A DNA stretch of 64,000 nucleotides from Callorhinchus milii (GCF_018977255.1 NW_024704743.1:11968001-12032000), one strand, 5' to 3'. Shown: positions 25,538 to 37,860, counted from the stretch's first letter. Numbers and translations: made by a program. The notes: a model not told the origin generated them from the letters alone.

Positions 25538-28054
25538 TCTCTTCCCTGCTCTCCTCGCTCAATCTCTCCCTTCACATCAACTCCCCCAGTCACGGCCACC
25601 CACTCGACTTGGTGATCACCCGGGGCCTCAGTGTCTCGGATGTCACCATCACCGATAAGGCCATTTCCGACCACCACTTCATCTCCTTCACCACCTCCAC
25701 CCCCCTCCCCACCTCCACCAGACCTACCACCATCTTCTACCGCCCTTGGAAGAAGTTACCCCCTCAATCCCTAACCGCTGCCTTGGAGTCCGCTGAACTC
25801 CTCTCCCTCTGGCCTTCAACCCTCACCGACCCCTCTTCTGCTCTCACCCTCCTCCACAACAATCTCTCCTCCACACTTGACACTCTTGCCCCTATCACCT
25901 CCCGTACTGTCTCCTACTCTCGCTCCTCCCCCTGGTTCACCACCCACCTCCGCTCACTGAAAAGCCAGGTGCGGGCCGCTGAACGCACCTGGGTCAAATC
26001 TGGCCTAACGGTCCACCGACAAATCTGGCTGGACCTCCTCAAAATCTACCGCTCCACTCTAGCCTCGGCCAAATCGTCCTTCTACTCCAGGATAATCCTG
26101 GAGGCGAAGGACAACCCCAGGCTACTGTTCTCTACCACATCCCAACTCCTCCGTCCCCCCCGCCACCCCGCGCAGGTCATCTCCTCCAACCTTCACTGCG
26201 AGGAGATGCTGGATTTCCTTGAATCCAAGATCAAGGGAATCCGCTCCGCGGTCACTTCCCCTCCAACATCCACCCACCACCCACCCCTTCCCTCCCACAC
26301 TCCGACTCCTACCCATCCTCCCCTACACACCTTCGTACCCGTTTCCCCATCCTCTGTCACCAAACTCATCCTCTCCCTGAAACCTACCACCTGCTCCCTT
26401 GACCCCATCCCCACTCCACTCCTTATCTCCCAGCTCCACCTCCTTGCCCCACATATCACAGACATCGTCAACCTGTCCCTCTCCTCTGGCTCTATTCCCA
26501 TTCCCTTAAAAACTGCCACCATCACTCCCACCTTAAAAAAACCCTCCCTTGATGCGTCGCAGCTATCAAGCTACCGGCCCATCTCCAACCTCCCCTTCCT
26601 ATCCAAGGTCCTGGAACGAGTTGTCGCCTCCCAGCTGCGCTCTTTCCTCTCCAACCATTCACTATTCGAACCCCTTCAATCGGGTTTCCGTGCTGCCCAT
26701 AGCACAGAAACTGCCCTGGTCAAGGTCACCAATGACATCCTGACCATCTGTGACCAGGGCTCCCTCTGCCTCCTCGTCCTCCTCGACCTATCGGCAGCAT
26801 TCGATACGGTCGACCATGCTATCCTCCTCCACCGCTTGTCCTCCCACCTAAACCTTCAAGGCCCTGTCCTTGAGTGGTTTAGGTCGTACCTCTCCCACCG
26901 TCTTCACTTTGTCTCCACAAATGGTTTTTCCTCCGGCCCCCGCACTGTCTCGTGCGGTGTCCCTCAGGGCTCTGTCCTCGGTCCCCTCCTCTTCACCCTC
27001 TATATGCTCCCCCTGTGGTGACATCATCCGCAGACATGGGGTTAACTTCCACATGTATGCGGATGACACCCAACTCTACCTTTCCTCCTCTACCCTCAAC
27101 TCCACGACCACCGATGTCCTGACAGCTGCCTGTCCGACATCGAGTCCTGGACGAGAGATAACTTTCTCCAGCTCAACGTGCGCAAAACTGAGGCCCTCCT
27201 GATTGGCTCACGTCAGCGCCTCCGCACCTCAGGCGCTGACAGCATCAGCATCCAACGCTGCACTCTCCACCTCTCAAAGCCAATCAGGAACCTCGGGGTT
27301 CTGTTCGACCCTGAGCTGTCCTTTCTCCCTCATATCTGTGCCACAACTGGCACCGCCTTCCACCACCTCCAGAACATCGCCAGACTACGGCACTACCTCA
27401 CCCCTCACGCGGCTGAAACTCTGGTCCACGCCTTGTCACCTCAAGGCTGGACTATGGGAACTCTCTCCTCGCCGGCCTTCCCGCCACCTCCCTCCACAAG
27501 CTGCAGGTCATTCAGAACTCTGCAGCTCGTGTACTGTCCCGCACCAGGCTTCGCGACCACATCACTCCCATCCTCGCTCGCCTCCACTGGCTCCCCATCC
27601 CCCAGAGGATCGAATTCAAGATCCTCACCCTCACCTACAAGGCCATTCACGGCCTTGCTCCCTCCTACCTCTCCGACCTACTATCCCCCTACCTACCCGC
27701 CCGTACCCTCCGTTCCTCCGGCTCCGGTCTGCTCCACATCCCCCGCCCCAACCGCCCTACCATCGGTGGCCAGGCCTTCAGCCTCTCAGCCCCGAGGCTC
27801 TGGAACTCTATCCCCCAGTGCCTTCGCCGCCTCCTCCCTTTCCTCCTTCAAGCCCGGTCTCAAGACCTTTCTCTTTGACCGTGCCTTCAGCTCCCCTCTC
27901 GATTCTCTACCCCCTCCTCGCTCCCTCCCTTTCCTCCCCTCACCCTGACCATTTCCCCCTTACTCGGGTCCTGACCCAACTGTACAGCGCCTTGGGACGT
28001 CCTCCCGACGTGAAAGGCGCTCAATAAATGGAATCTTGTTGTTGTTGTTGTTGT
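25538..28054 (+). mobile_element. Young 5'-truncated L2-clade LINE (APE endonuclease C-terminus, reverse transcriptase, 3' stem-loop, (TTG)n tail) with about three frameshifts
   Basis: ORF 25519-27021 contains GHPLDLV...SDH (EN), [32 protein letters not shown] and [14 protein letters not shown] follows in a shifted frame (26870-27202). The element ends gcgccttgggacgtcctcccgacgtgaaaggcgc...(ttg)n. Confidence 0.95.
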
Positions 28055-28729
28055 AACAGGCTGCGGGTTTCAGTCAAAACAAAACTCTTTTCCCCCTTCT
28101 CCCCACATCGCTCTTCATGTTTTGGGGGTCAAGGAGTTTGGAGTCCAAGAGGTCTTAAGATGTTCAGCATCCCCAGAGGGGAGGAAGAGAAATTGATCTT
28201 GAAATGGTGTGCGTGTGAGGGCGTTTAAATTCTCTGGTTTGGTCGGCAGAGAGCTTTGCCTGTCAGAGATAGAGACACACACATTTAGGTAGTTGAGATA
28301 TTAAGGGATATTTAGAAAGGGCAGGGCATTGGGATTAAAAGATCTGTCAAGATCTTTCTTCCAGTGACCTGGCCAACAATCAGATAAAGGATAGACAAAA
28401 AAGATCTGTGAAGATCTTTTAATGTCCTGGTGGAACAGGCTCAATGGGCTGAATGGCCTCCTCCTGATCCTGTTTGCCAATGTTCTCTATGTTCCTAAGA
28501 ATTGATGTCCACATGGAAAGAAAGATATTTTAATGCAAAGTCTCCAGGATCAAGATGATATTTCCTTCCTCGTCTAAATTCACCGAGATGTTATTAATAT
28601 TGTCACTCGTCTCACAAATTGTGGGGCTTTGCTGGCGTAGATTAACCGCTGTGGTTACTACATCACAGTAGCCACTAACTACACTTCAAAGTAACCCATT
28701 GAGATGTTTTGACCTGAACCCTGATGAGG

Positions 28730-29180
28730 TGTCAGCATGGATCAGGTAGCCATAATCTCACTTCTGAATCAGAAGGTTGTGTTTTCAAGCTACATGGGGA
28801 CTTTGAACTCACAGTTTAGGCTGACACTCCAATGCGGTGCTGGGGGGGCTGAGCCACATTGTCGGAGGTGTAATACTTTGGATGAGGCATTAAACCAAGA
28901 TCCCATCAGTGCCTTTTTAGGTGAACTTCAAAGTTATCATTTAAAGTTGGGAAAGAGTAGGAAGTTTTTCCAAGTGACCTGGCCGACAATCAGATAAAGA
29001 TTGACAAGAAAAAAATTGGCCATTCACTCCATGGCTGTCTGGAGGACATTGTTGTTTGCTAAATTGGCTGCCCTATTCGCCGAACAAAATACACAAGTCA
29101 CTACACTTTATAGTAAAAATCCTGTGAAGCGCCTTAGGACGTCTTCCTGGTGTGAAAGGCGCTATACAATCGTAATTTGT
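28730..29180 (+). mobile_element. DeuSINE (tRNA-like head, Deu domain, L2-type tail) ending at the exon 4 acceptor
   Basis: Head gtcagcatggatcaggtagc...agaaggttgtg, body ttaaaccaagatccc...ggctgtctggaggacattg, tail gtgaaaggcgctatac. Confidence 0.82.
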
Positions 29181-29195
29181 TCTCTCTTTCAGCAG

Positions 29196-29396
29196 TGAGC
29201 AACTCTGTGCCTTGTGCTACTGTGGAGAGCGCAGCTCCCTGGGACAGGGCGAGTTGAAGCGCTTTGACCCAACTCCGGGTTTCATGGTACTGAGAAAGAG
29301 CCAGCCTCAAGCCAAGAGAGATGGCGCTTACAGCCCAGAGGCCGGGAACGACAAGAGCCCCAAACAGCATTCCATCTCACGAAGGCGGCAGAGAAA
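29196..29396 (+). CDS. KMT2C: KMT2C coding exon (exon 4 equivalent), start of extended PHD1: EQLCALCYCGERSSLGQGELKRFDPTPGF...RRRQRK
   Basis: Tandem acceptor ttcagcag| (alternative start at 29193) and AA|gtgagt donor; 201 nt, phase 2 to phase 2. Matches recalled KMT2C EQLCAFCYCGEKSSLGQGDLK. Confidence 0.95.
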
Positions 29397-30074
29397 GTGA
29401 GTATTTTTTCTGGGTGGTCAGCCAGATGTCTGACCATGGGGAAACCCATCACCGTGCTTAAGAGTATCCAAACCAAGCTGAGAATTCCATGCATCACACC
29501 TACACATGGAAATTCCAGAGATGTTTATTGGAATGGAATGCACACTCTCTCCCTGGAGGGACGCATCCTGCTTACCCAATTCCAGAAAGTATTCGGCACA
29601 GGTTGGCAAGAGCCTGATTATTCAGAATAATATCAATCAATAAAAAAAATGATGAGTTTGAGAAGTGACCAGCGTCATTCAAAGATTCTTTGGATTGAAT
29701 CTTCGGCACCGACTAAGTGCTGCATTGGCGATTGCACAGGTCAATGGAGCAACCAGATTAGAATGATCATAATATATCTGTTATTTGAGATGCTCTGGTG
29801 GTGGTGTGGGGCTGGTCGGGGAATACAGGAAAGACCAGGCAAGAGAATAATAGAGGCCTCTAATAGAGAAGACTGCAAGAGAACGTGATTGAAGTTCACA
29901 AATGTTAATTGGAACCCAATAACAGTTTGGAAGGCCTACTGTAGAAATATGAGAAGGATTTAAAAAATTGAAATTCATTTTGGCTCGATCAAAATCGATT
30001 GAAGGGGTATCGGGGTTGTAGCATTGGTGGCGATCTGTGATCTTGGTTCCTCAACTCCAACCCTGAGCTCCAAA

Positions 30075-30455
30075 TACTTCACTTTTAAAGCCCTCCACAG
30101 TCATGCTCTTCCCTACTTCTGTGACCTCCTTTTGACACCATACCAACCTGTCCGTTCCCTCCACTTGGCGGGCACTGGTCTGCTCCATGTGCCCCGCTCT
30201 GCCCATCCCACCATTCAGCTTTTCTGCCCCCACCCTCTGGAATTCCATTCCCGAATCCCTACGACTCACCTCTTTCAAGCCCCGTTTCAAGACCTTCCTC
30301 TTTGACAATGCCTTCGGCCCCACTCCTAACCCCACACCCTACCCTACGACTCTCTTGATTCTAACCCTTAGCTCTGGTGCAAGCTCTTAACTGGCCAGTA
30401 CCTTGGGACATCCTTTCATCATGAAAGGCGCCATATAAATGTAATTAGTTGTTGT
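30075..30455 (+). mobile_element. L2 3' fragment
   Basis: FKALH...APTLWNSIP...FKTFLFD remnant and tail gaaaggcgccatataaatgtaattagttgttg. Confidence 0.82.
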
Positions 30456-32018
30456 TACTTGGTCTCCCATTGTTCACACATTGTTATCCCTGAAGCTTTC
30501 AGCAAACCTGGATGATGTTTATTGTTTACAGAGACTAATCAGACTGGGATAATGTTTACCATATCTGTGTTGCCAAGTTACCCACAATCCCATTTACAAT
30601 TAAAATAGTGACTTTAGATACAAGACTTTAGCTGTTGCTGCCCGCAAATTGGCTGCTCCGTTCACCTGCAAAATAGTCACTCCACTTTATAGTAAATCCT
30701 GTTAAGCGCTTTGAGATAAGTCCCTATATCAAATGACATAATTATTACTACAGTAATAATACTGTAATAATATTGAGGCTGGAACAATAGAATCATTTGA
30801 AAGGGAAACAGGATAAGCACCTGAGCAGTTAAAAAAAGGAATTTGGGGAAAGAGCTGAAAAATGGGATTAAAAATAAAATACTTGGTAAAAGTGGAAGCA
30901 GTGATACAGTCACACTATTTCAGTCCTGAAGATTTCTATGCTCTTATTTAATGTCCAAAGCTTTGAGTTTACAAAAAAGTGACAGACGAGGATATTAAGG
31001 GGTATTGGGGATGATTAGATTCAGGTGGTTGATGTGGAGAAAATATCAGTCCAGACTTGCCTTATATTATAGACTGACAAAGCAGCACTCCCTCAGTCCT
31101 GCACTGGAGTGTCAACAACAACAACAAATTGCATTTTTATAGCACCTTTCACGTCAGGAAAACATCCCAAAGCGCTGGTCTATGAGGGTTTGCAACCGAG
31201 TTGGTTCCTCAACTCCATTGACCGAAATTGACCGAAATTGACCGAAGGCACAGTCGAAAGAAAGGTCATGAGACGGGCCTTGAAGGAGGTGAGGGAGGGG
31301 GTCACCTACACTGAGCTCAAAGTCTTGAAGTGGGGCTTGAGAACGGTGGTGGGGAAGGCCCCTGACCCAGGCTGAACCTAGACAATTCAATGTGACTGCA
31401 GTTACACTTTAGTAAACTGGGTAAATGAAAGACAGGCAGCAAACAATCTGTCAGTTGTGATAGATTGAAAGGTGAGTTAGTATATGTCTGATTTTCCTTC
31501 TTTTGGTGCAGAATCAACAAGTCCTTTGTGTACCTTTGGAACATCCCTCTAACCAGCGTATGGTATATTTTAGCACGGAAATGCACTGTGTTTGCTGACT
31601 ATGACATCCTGTGCATGAGTTCTCAGTGATGTTGAAATGTGAATGATGTCATCCTCACCGGGAGCCAAATTGGAGTTTGTCCAAGGGCAAAGCTTTGTTT
31701 TCTCTGCTGCGGGAATCTGGTCTGCTGCCAGCTGTCCCTGGTTTATCAATGCTAATAAGGAGCTGGAGTGAAAGGCAGCAAAAAGAAACCTTACGTTTTT
31801 TTTCTCGCGCGCCTCAGCGAAGCGTCTCAAAACCTTTCACTGTAATTTTGCTGCCCAGTGTAGTAACTGCTTTTGTTGGCAAAAGCATCAGCTATTTTGC
31901 GCACAGCAAAGTTTCACACAAGCAGTCATGAGGCTGAATGACTGATTTGTCTGTAGGATTGTTGGCCAGGATGCTGGTAGAAGTCTCCTTCTCTTTTCTA
32001 ATACTGTCATGTGATCTT

Positions 32019-32790
32019 GGAGTCCTGTAGCTTAGTGGTTAGAGCATTTGCCTCACAAGTGGGAGGACCTGAACTTGATTCCCAGCAGAGCGAAACGTTA
32101 GGCAAGTTTCCTTACTCCACAAGCCTCTGTTTACCTAGCAGTAAGAAGGAACCCTAATTGAACTCTTATCTTATTGAAACATATAACATTCTTAAAGGGC
32201 TGATAAAGTAGACACTGAGGGACTGTTTCCCCTGGTAGGAGAATCTATAACCGGGGTCACAGTCTTAAAATTAAGGGTCAGCCTTTTAGAACAGGGTGGA
32301 GGAAACATTTCTTCACTCAGAGGATAGTGAATTTATGGCATTCACTGCCCCAAAAAGCTGTAGATGTTCAATCCTTGAACATCTTCAAGGCTGAGACTGA
32401 TAGATTTTTAAAAAACAGAGGGATTAGGGGATATGGGGATAGGGCAGGTAATCAGAGTTAGGTGAGAAGATCAGCCATGATCTTATCGAATGGCGGGGCA
32501 GGCTCGAGGGGCCGAATGGCCTACTCCTGCTCCTAATTCTTATGTTCTTAACCCAATTGTTAGTTGATTGGCGGATCGCTTTTCCGGGGGTAATAGTCCC
32601 TTCAATATATAAAAAATAATAATTTGGTCACTCAATCCACGACTGTTTGTGGGACACTACTGTGCACAATTGGCTGCCGCGTTTTGCTCACAAAATATAC
32701 AGTCAATTCACTTCACAGTTTATTCTGAAGTGCTTTAAGACATCTCGAAGATGTCATAAGGTGCTAGATCAAATGCAAGGATTATTATAA
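32019..32790 (+). mobile_element. Full tRNA-Ala-headed SINE interrupted by a CR1 3' end
   Basis: Head 32019-32160 and remainder 32550-32790. Confidence 0.88.
32166..32549 (+). mobile_element. CR1 3' end (second CR1 family) inserted in a tRNA-Ala SINE
   Basis: LIETY...RKHFFTQRIVNLW remnant and 3' UTR ggccgaatggcctactcctgctcctaattcttatgttctta. Flanked by aaccctaattg and aacccaattg (TSD-like). Confidence 0.9.
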
Positions 32791-33894
32791 TCTTCAACAT
32801 CCTTCTGTACAGGGACAGACAAGGACTTTGTGTCCGCCTAGGACAACACTGTGCGCTGACAAGGCAGCGCTCCCCCACTCTCAGCACTGTGTTACAGTAT
32901 CAGCCAAGACTGTGAACCCAAAGACCTGATGTGGGGGTCAGACCAGCAATCTTTTGACCTGGAGGTGGGAGTGCTATCGACTGAGCCAAGAGCGGAAGGG
33001 TGGGGGCAGCCAACAAAGAAAGAAGGGTTAATGACAGAATCTAATGGTTTTACATGTGGTTTCCAAACTTAGATCTAGTTTGTGACGTTCCCTGAGGGGT
33101 TAAATGTGAGCTTTAAGCGCTCTGAGACTCTATGCTGTGTGAAGGGCCTTATATAAATGCAAAATATTGTTTTTTGCGAGGCATTAGAACTGGTGACCTA
33201 AAGAGAGTATGTGTGACTCACGCTAACCAGGCCCTTTGTGATATTCTCCACATAATCCACCTCATCTAATCCCACTTTCTCACGCTACCTCTATTTCATA
33301 CAGTCCAAATTGTCTGAGGTACCATCCTTCGGGATGAAATGTTAGACTGAGGTCCTGTCTGCCTCATGTTGGATGTTAATGATCTCATGGCCCTAGTTGA
33401 AAAAGAGAAAGGAATTTTTCCTTGTGTCCCAGTAAATAATCCCCCAAATAAAATAAAATTGGTCATTCCCTCCATGGCTGTTTGTGGGACATTGCTGCAT
33501 GCAAATTGGCTGACCCATTCACTTACAATTACACAGTCACTAAAGTGCTGTGAGAAGTCCGCCTGCTGTATCAAATGTGAGAATTATTATTTATTATTAT
33601 TAACTCTTTTGAACGAATTTATAGATCTCGTCTCAAGTTGTGGCAGACAGTTGCAGATTTCCAGAAGGTTGCTGACTCCCACATCAGTCCAAAATGCTAT
33701 TTCTAAATTCATTGCAAAATTGATAGAGGGGCTTAAATGGGAGATAAAAAATAATCCTTACATTTGATATAGCACCACTGCACGTTAGGATGACGTCTCA
33801 AAGCCCTTCACAATTAAATAATTAATAAATAATCCTCTTATGATAAATGGTGAGAGCAAGGTTGATGGACTGACCGGCTTCCTGCTGTTGCCAA

Positions 33895-34280
33895 TACAGT
33901 CAAGTCCTGTTATGAAATGCAAGTGTGGGGTTTATAAAATAATAACCAGTGCTATAACGCGATGCGATCGCTGGTCAATGCTTCCTTATTTATTGCAAAT
34001 GTTCACAGAAAGACAACTGACTCCATCAGTGCTTCAATATGGCAGCTTGGATGTGCACAGCTTTGGGTCATCAGGTTGCCAATGACATCACTTCCGGCGA
34101 GAAGTGATGCCGGTAGCGAGCTGATGACTCAGAAGTCGGTCATCATTTAGTGCGCAGGAAACCAAAATAGCTGACTTTGGACTGGGGGGGGGAGGAATTA
34201 GGTCACATTCAACATTACTTTTTGCTGCACAGTATACAGGAAGTGACAGAGGCCATTTTAGCTACCATTTTGGCACTGAA
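33895..34280. mobile_element. Possible old Tc1/mariner (Tigger-like) DNA transposon remnant; related segment at about 22346-22750
   Basis: TA-CAGTCAAGTCCTGTTAT resembles a Tigger-type terminus. It shares tcacttcc and aggaagtgac...gccattttgg motifs with the 22.4-22.75 kb segment. Confidence 0.35.
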
Positions 34281-35484
34281 GATCTCTCTAGAGTTGAGAT
34301 GAATGAGAGACCTGATCGAGGTGTGTAAGATTATGGAAAGAATTCAACGTTGATGTGGCGCTGTTGAGTCCAAAACTGGAGGGTATAAATATAAGATAGC
34401 CAGCAATAGATTGAATAAGGGGATTAGGAGGATCTTCTTCACACAGAGGGTGGTGAGAATGTGGAACTCACTAGCAGAAGTTAATAATATAATAATCCTT
34501 ATGTTTGACATAACATAGGAACAGGAGGAGGCCGTTCAGCCCTTCGAGTCTGTTCCGCCATTTAATTAGATCGTAGTGCTTTATCACATCATCGTGAAGC
34601 GTAGTAACTGTGTGTTTGTAGGTGAACGTGGCAACCAATTTACATTTGGCAATGTCCCACAAACAGCTATGAAAGAATGATCAATATTAACCAGGCCAGG
34701 ACACCGAGAGAAACTGTTCTCTTTTCGAATAGTACCGTGGGATCTTTAGCATCCACCTAGCATCCAGACCCAGTCAGGACCTCAGTTCAACGTCTGTGAA
34801 GAATGGATCTGCTTGACATTGAAGTACTTCCCCAGTGTTGACCTAGACTTTGAGCTAAAAGTCCCCACGTGTGGCTTGAATCCACAACCTTCTGCCTCGG
34901 AGGGGAGCGTGCTTCCCATTGAGCCAGGCTCTGATTGAAGCAAAACTAATCAATACATTTAAGAGGAAATTTGATGCATAAATGAGGGACAAGGAAATTG
35001 AAGGGTACAGGAGAAGGGAAAAGGAAGACTGAGGGCTTGAGTGGAGTATAAACGCCAGCAGGCACTAGTTGGGCCAAATGGCATATTTCCGTACCATAGC
35101 ACTCAATGTAACTCTATGTAACTATGTCAATAGGGCCAACAAGTCCATTTATTTTGGGGTATGTAGAATATTGGGGTTTCACTGCGCGTGACTGTCAATG
35201 AAATCGCAGTGGAGTCCTGTACCGAATTGGTTAGAGCACTCGCCTTGTTAGCGAGAGGACCCGGGTTCAACTCCCTGGCAGAGGAAAACCTTAGGCAAGT
35301 TTCCTTATTCCACACACTTCTGTTTACCTAGCAGTAAGTAGGAATCTGATTGTTAGTCGATTGGCGGATCATTATCCAGGGGGAATAATCCCTTCTAAAT
35401 AAATAATTAAATAAATGATAATTTGATTATCTGTTTCTGGACATTGCTGTGCACAATTGGCTGCCACGTTTCACCCACACAATA

Positions 35485-36155
35485 TGCAAGTCTGAGGGAG
35501 AGCCCGAGGAGATTGAGGAGTTCAGACCCACAGGAGAGAAGACGTTGACAGGAGCCAAAGAGTAATGTTTCCGTCTTGCCAACCTTTAGCTGCAGGAAAT
35601 ATGCGCTCATCCAGGGTTTGATGTCCGTCAAACAAGCTGACAGGACATCAGTGGACTGGGAGTCGCAGCTGGAGGGGGAGAAGTAGATTTGGATATCATC
35701 CGCATACATGTTGAAGTATGACATGTTGAAGGATGCGATGACAACGCCGAGAGGGAGCATGTAGATGAGGAAAAGAAGGGGGCAAAGAGCCTTGGGGTAT
35801 ACTGCAGGTGACTAGGCGGGGGCGAAAACAAAAAAAAATTCCTGAAAAAAAGTGCTGGCAGTTGATTAAGTAAATCATGCGAGTGCGGCCCCACTAAGGT
35901 GGATGAGGAAGGAGAGGTGGTGAAGAATTGCGTGGTCGACTGTCGACTGCAGTGGCAAGGTACAGGAAGATGAGGAGGCAGAGGGAGCCCTGACCACAGA
36001 GAAAGGATGTAATTTGTTACTTTGACTAGCGCTGTCTGTGTTGTGGACAGGGCGGAAACCAGACTGGAGGGGTTCGGGTAGGGAATGGAGGGCGAGGTGT
36101 GAACAAAGTTGATTTGCAACAATGCGTTCCAGGGCTTTGGCCAGGAAGGCCAGGT
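35485..36155 (-). mobile_element. Degenerate internal L2 reverse-transcriptase fragment
   Basis: ORFs give TALVKVTN and MYADDIQIY...LQLKVGKTE. Confidence 0.85.
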
Positions 36156-36317
36156 TTAAAATGGTAGTCGATTCACTTTACAGTATATACTGTGCAGTGC
36201 TTTGAGACGGCACAACGATGTGATAGCCATTGTATCAAATACAAGGATTAATATTTTATTATCATTGAACCAAGCGATGTGTTGGAGTGGTCCTAATCTT
36301 TTAACCCTCTGCACCAG

Positions 36318-36451
36318 GTCGCCATGCCACACTGCAGCCTCGCCGTCCATACCCGGGGACTTGGAAGAACAGACCAGCAGATACTGGGACGAACTCAGTC
36401 AAGTGGGATTTCCCGATGACATCAGTGTCCAGGCCTTATTCGAACCTTCAG
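36318..36451 (+). CDS. KMT2C: KMT2C coding exon (exon 5 equivalent), SPCHTAASPSIPGDLEEQTSRYWDELSQVGFPDDISVQALFEPS
   Basis: caccag| acceptor and G|gtgtgg donor; 134 nt, phase 2 to phase 1. WDELSQVGFPDDISVQALF resembles KMT2C WDELSLVGLPDAIDIQALF. Confidence 0.92.
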
Positions 36452-36509
36452 GTGTGGCGAGTGTTTGGTGTCTTTGTTAAGATGCCCTGAATGTAGCTTA
36501 AAAAAAGAA

Positions 36510-36810
36510 CACAACAACAAATTGCATTTATATTGCGCCTTTCACATCGTGAGGATGTTCCAAGGCGTTGGATAGTGAAGGGTTTACACTCGATCAGGGG
36601 ATTGGTGTCGAGAAAGGTGGGGGGTGGGGGGCGGCTGGGGGGGTTGTTGGTGGAGGTGAAAGGAGATCGAAGGCATGGTCAAACAGGAAGGCTTTGAGAC
36701 AAGCCTTAAAACAACCAAAGGAGAAAGCAAGGCAGAGGGGCTCCAGGCTGGAGTTACAGAGGGTGGGGGGCACCTAAGCCAAAGGCCCGACCGCCAATGG
36801 TGGGTCGGGC
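36510..36810 (-). mobile_element. L2 3' end occupying most of the short KMT2C intron between exons 5 and 6
   Basis: acaacaacaaattgcatttatattgcgcctttcacatc is the reverse complement of the shared L2 tail, followed by 3' ORF remnant. Confidence 0.8.
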
Positions 36811-36928
36811 AAGTCATGAGAAATTTCAGGCAATCCATGGCAAGCCCTTTAACAAACTGAAATATTACCAGTTCAGATTAATAAAAAAAATGACCTTCTT
36901 GTGCTGACAATTGACTTTGGTTCCGCAG

Positions 36929-37038
36929 GTCACTGTTGGGCTCATCACTGCTGTGCGGCCTGGTCAACGGGGGTTTTCCAGACAAAGGAGCAGTCACTGG
37001 TGAACGTGGATAAAGCTGTGGTCTCAGGGATTACAGAG
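36929..37038 (+). CDS. KMT2C: KMT2C coding exon (exon 6 equivalent), ePHD1: GHCWAHHCCAAWSTGVFQTKEQSLVNVDKAVVSGITE
   Basis: ccgcag| acceptor and GAG|gtgagt donor; 110 nt, phase 1 to phase 0. Carries the CWAHH and LVNVDKAVVSG motifs of KMT2C. Confidence 0.96.
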
Positions 37039-37679
37039 GTGAGTTCAAACCAAAGGGTCGCAGTGCTGGTGATGATGAGCGATTCTGTACAACAATAATA
37101 ATGATCCTTGCATTCAATATAACACCTTATCCCGTCAATGTCTCATTAGAGTCTTCTGCAAAGTGTGAAGACTGTTATCTGTAGGTATGAGTGCCGCAGC
37201 AGCCAAATTAACCACAATAATACCCCACAAACAACCATGAAGTTATTTTTCTCTCTCTCTCTCTCGCGTGGGGCGGGGTGGGAGAGGTGGGGTGAGGGGC
37301 AGATTGTTGTCCAGGACACTGGGAAAAACTCCCTTTTCTTTTGCCAGTAGTGTCGCTATCTTCCAGTCATAGTCAGGCCACACCTAGACTACTGTGTGCA
37401 TTTCTGGTCATTGCGACATAAGAGGGACATGCAGAGGAGAGCAATGACGATGATCCCCAGTGTTAGAAGAATGAGCTATGAGCTGGTCCAATAGAAAAGT
37501 GTGGCTGCACTTTCTCCACAGAATCCACCACAAACAACTCATCCGCTACAAACCCACTGTAAATGTAGCTTCTGGCCCGCGGGCCTCCTGGCTGTTTACC
37601 TGACGTCACTGTGGCCGGGGCAGCTCAGGACAGGCAAGCGGCAAATTGGCTTCACTCGGAGACCCTACTGTTGTGATTG

Positions 37680-37860
37680 ACTGTGTATCTCTTTGTGTGT
37701 TTGTGTGTGAATGATTGTCTGTGTGTATGTCTCTATATGCATTTGTGAGTGTCTGTGTGTGTCTCTCTCTCTCTGTGAGTGTCTGTGTTTCCCTCTTGTA
37801 TGTGTGTTTGTGGGTGTGCCTGTGTGTTTGTGAGTGTGTATCTCTCTCTCTATCTCTGGG
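37680..37860 (+). repeat. Degenerate (TG)n/(TC)n microsatellite
   Basis: Visible dinucleotide runs. Confidence 0.9.

Noticed and set aside
27178..28027. Long P/S-rich ORFs (256 and 274 aa; also 17308-18006)
   Set aside because: They are largely alternative frames of the C-rich L2 ORF2 produced by frameshifts, not separate genes.
37560..37680. ggcccgcgggcc motif suggestive of an hAT-type transposon end (also ~39150-39210)
   Set aside because: Too short and degenerate; no paired TIR or TSD was found.
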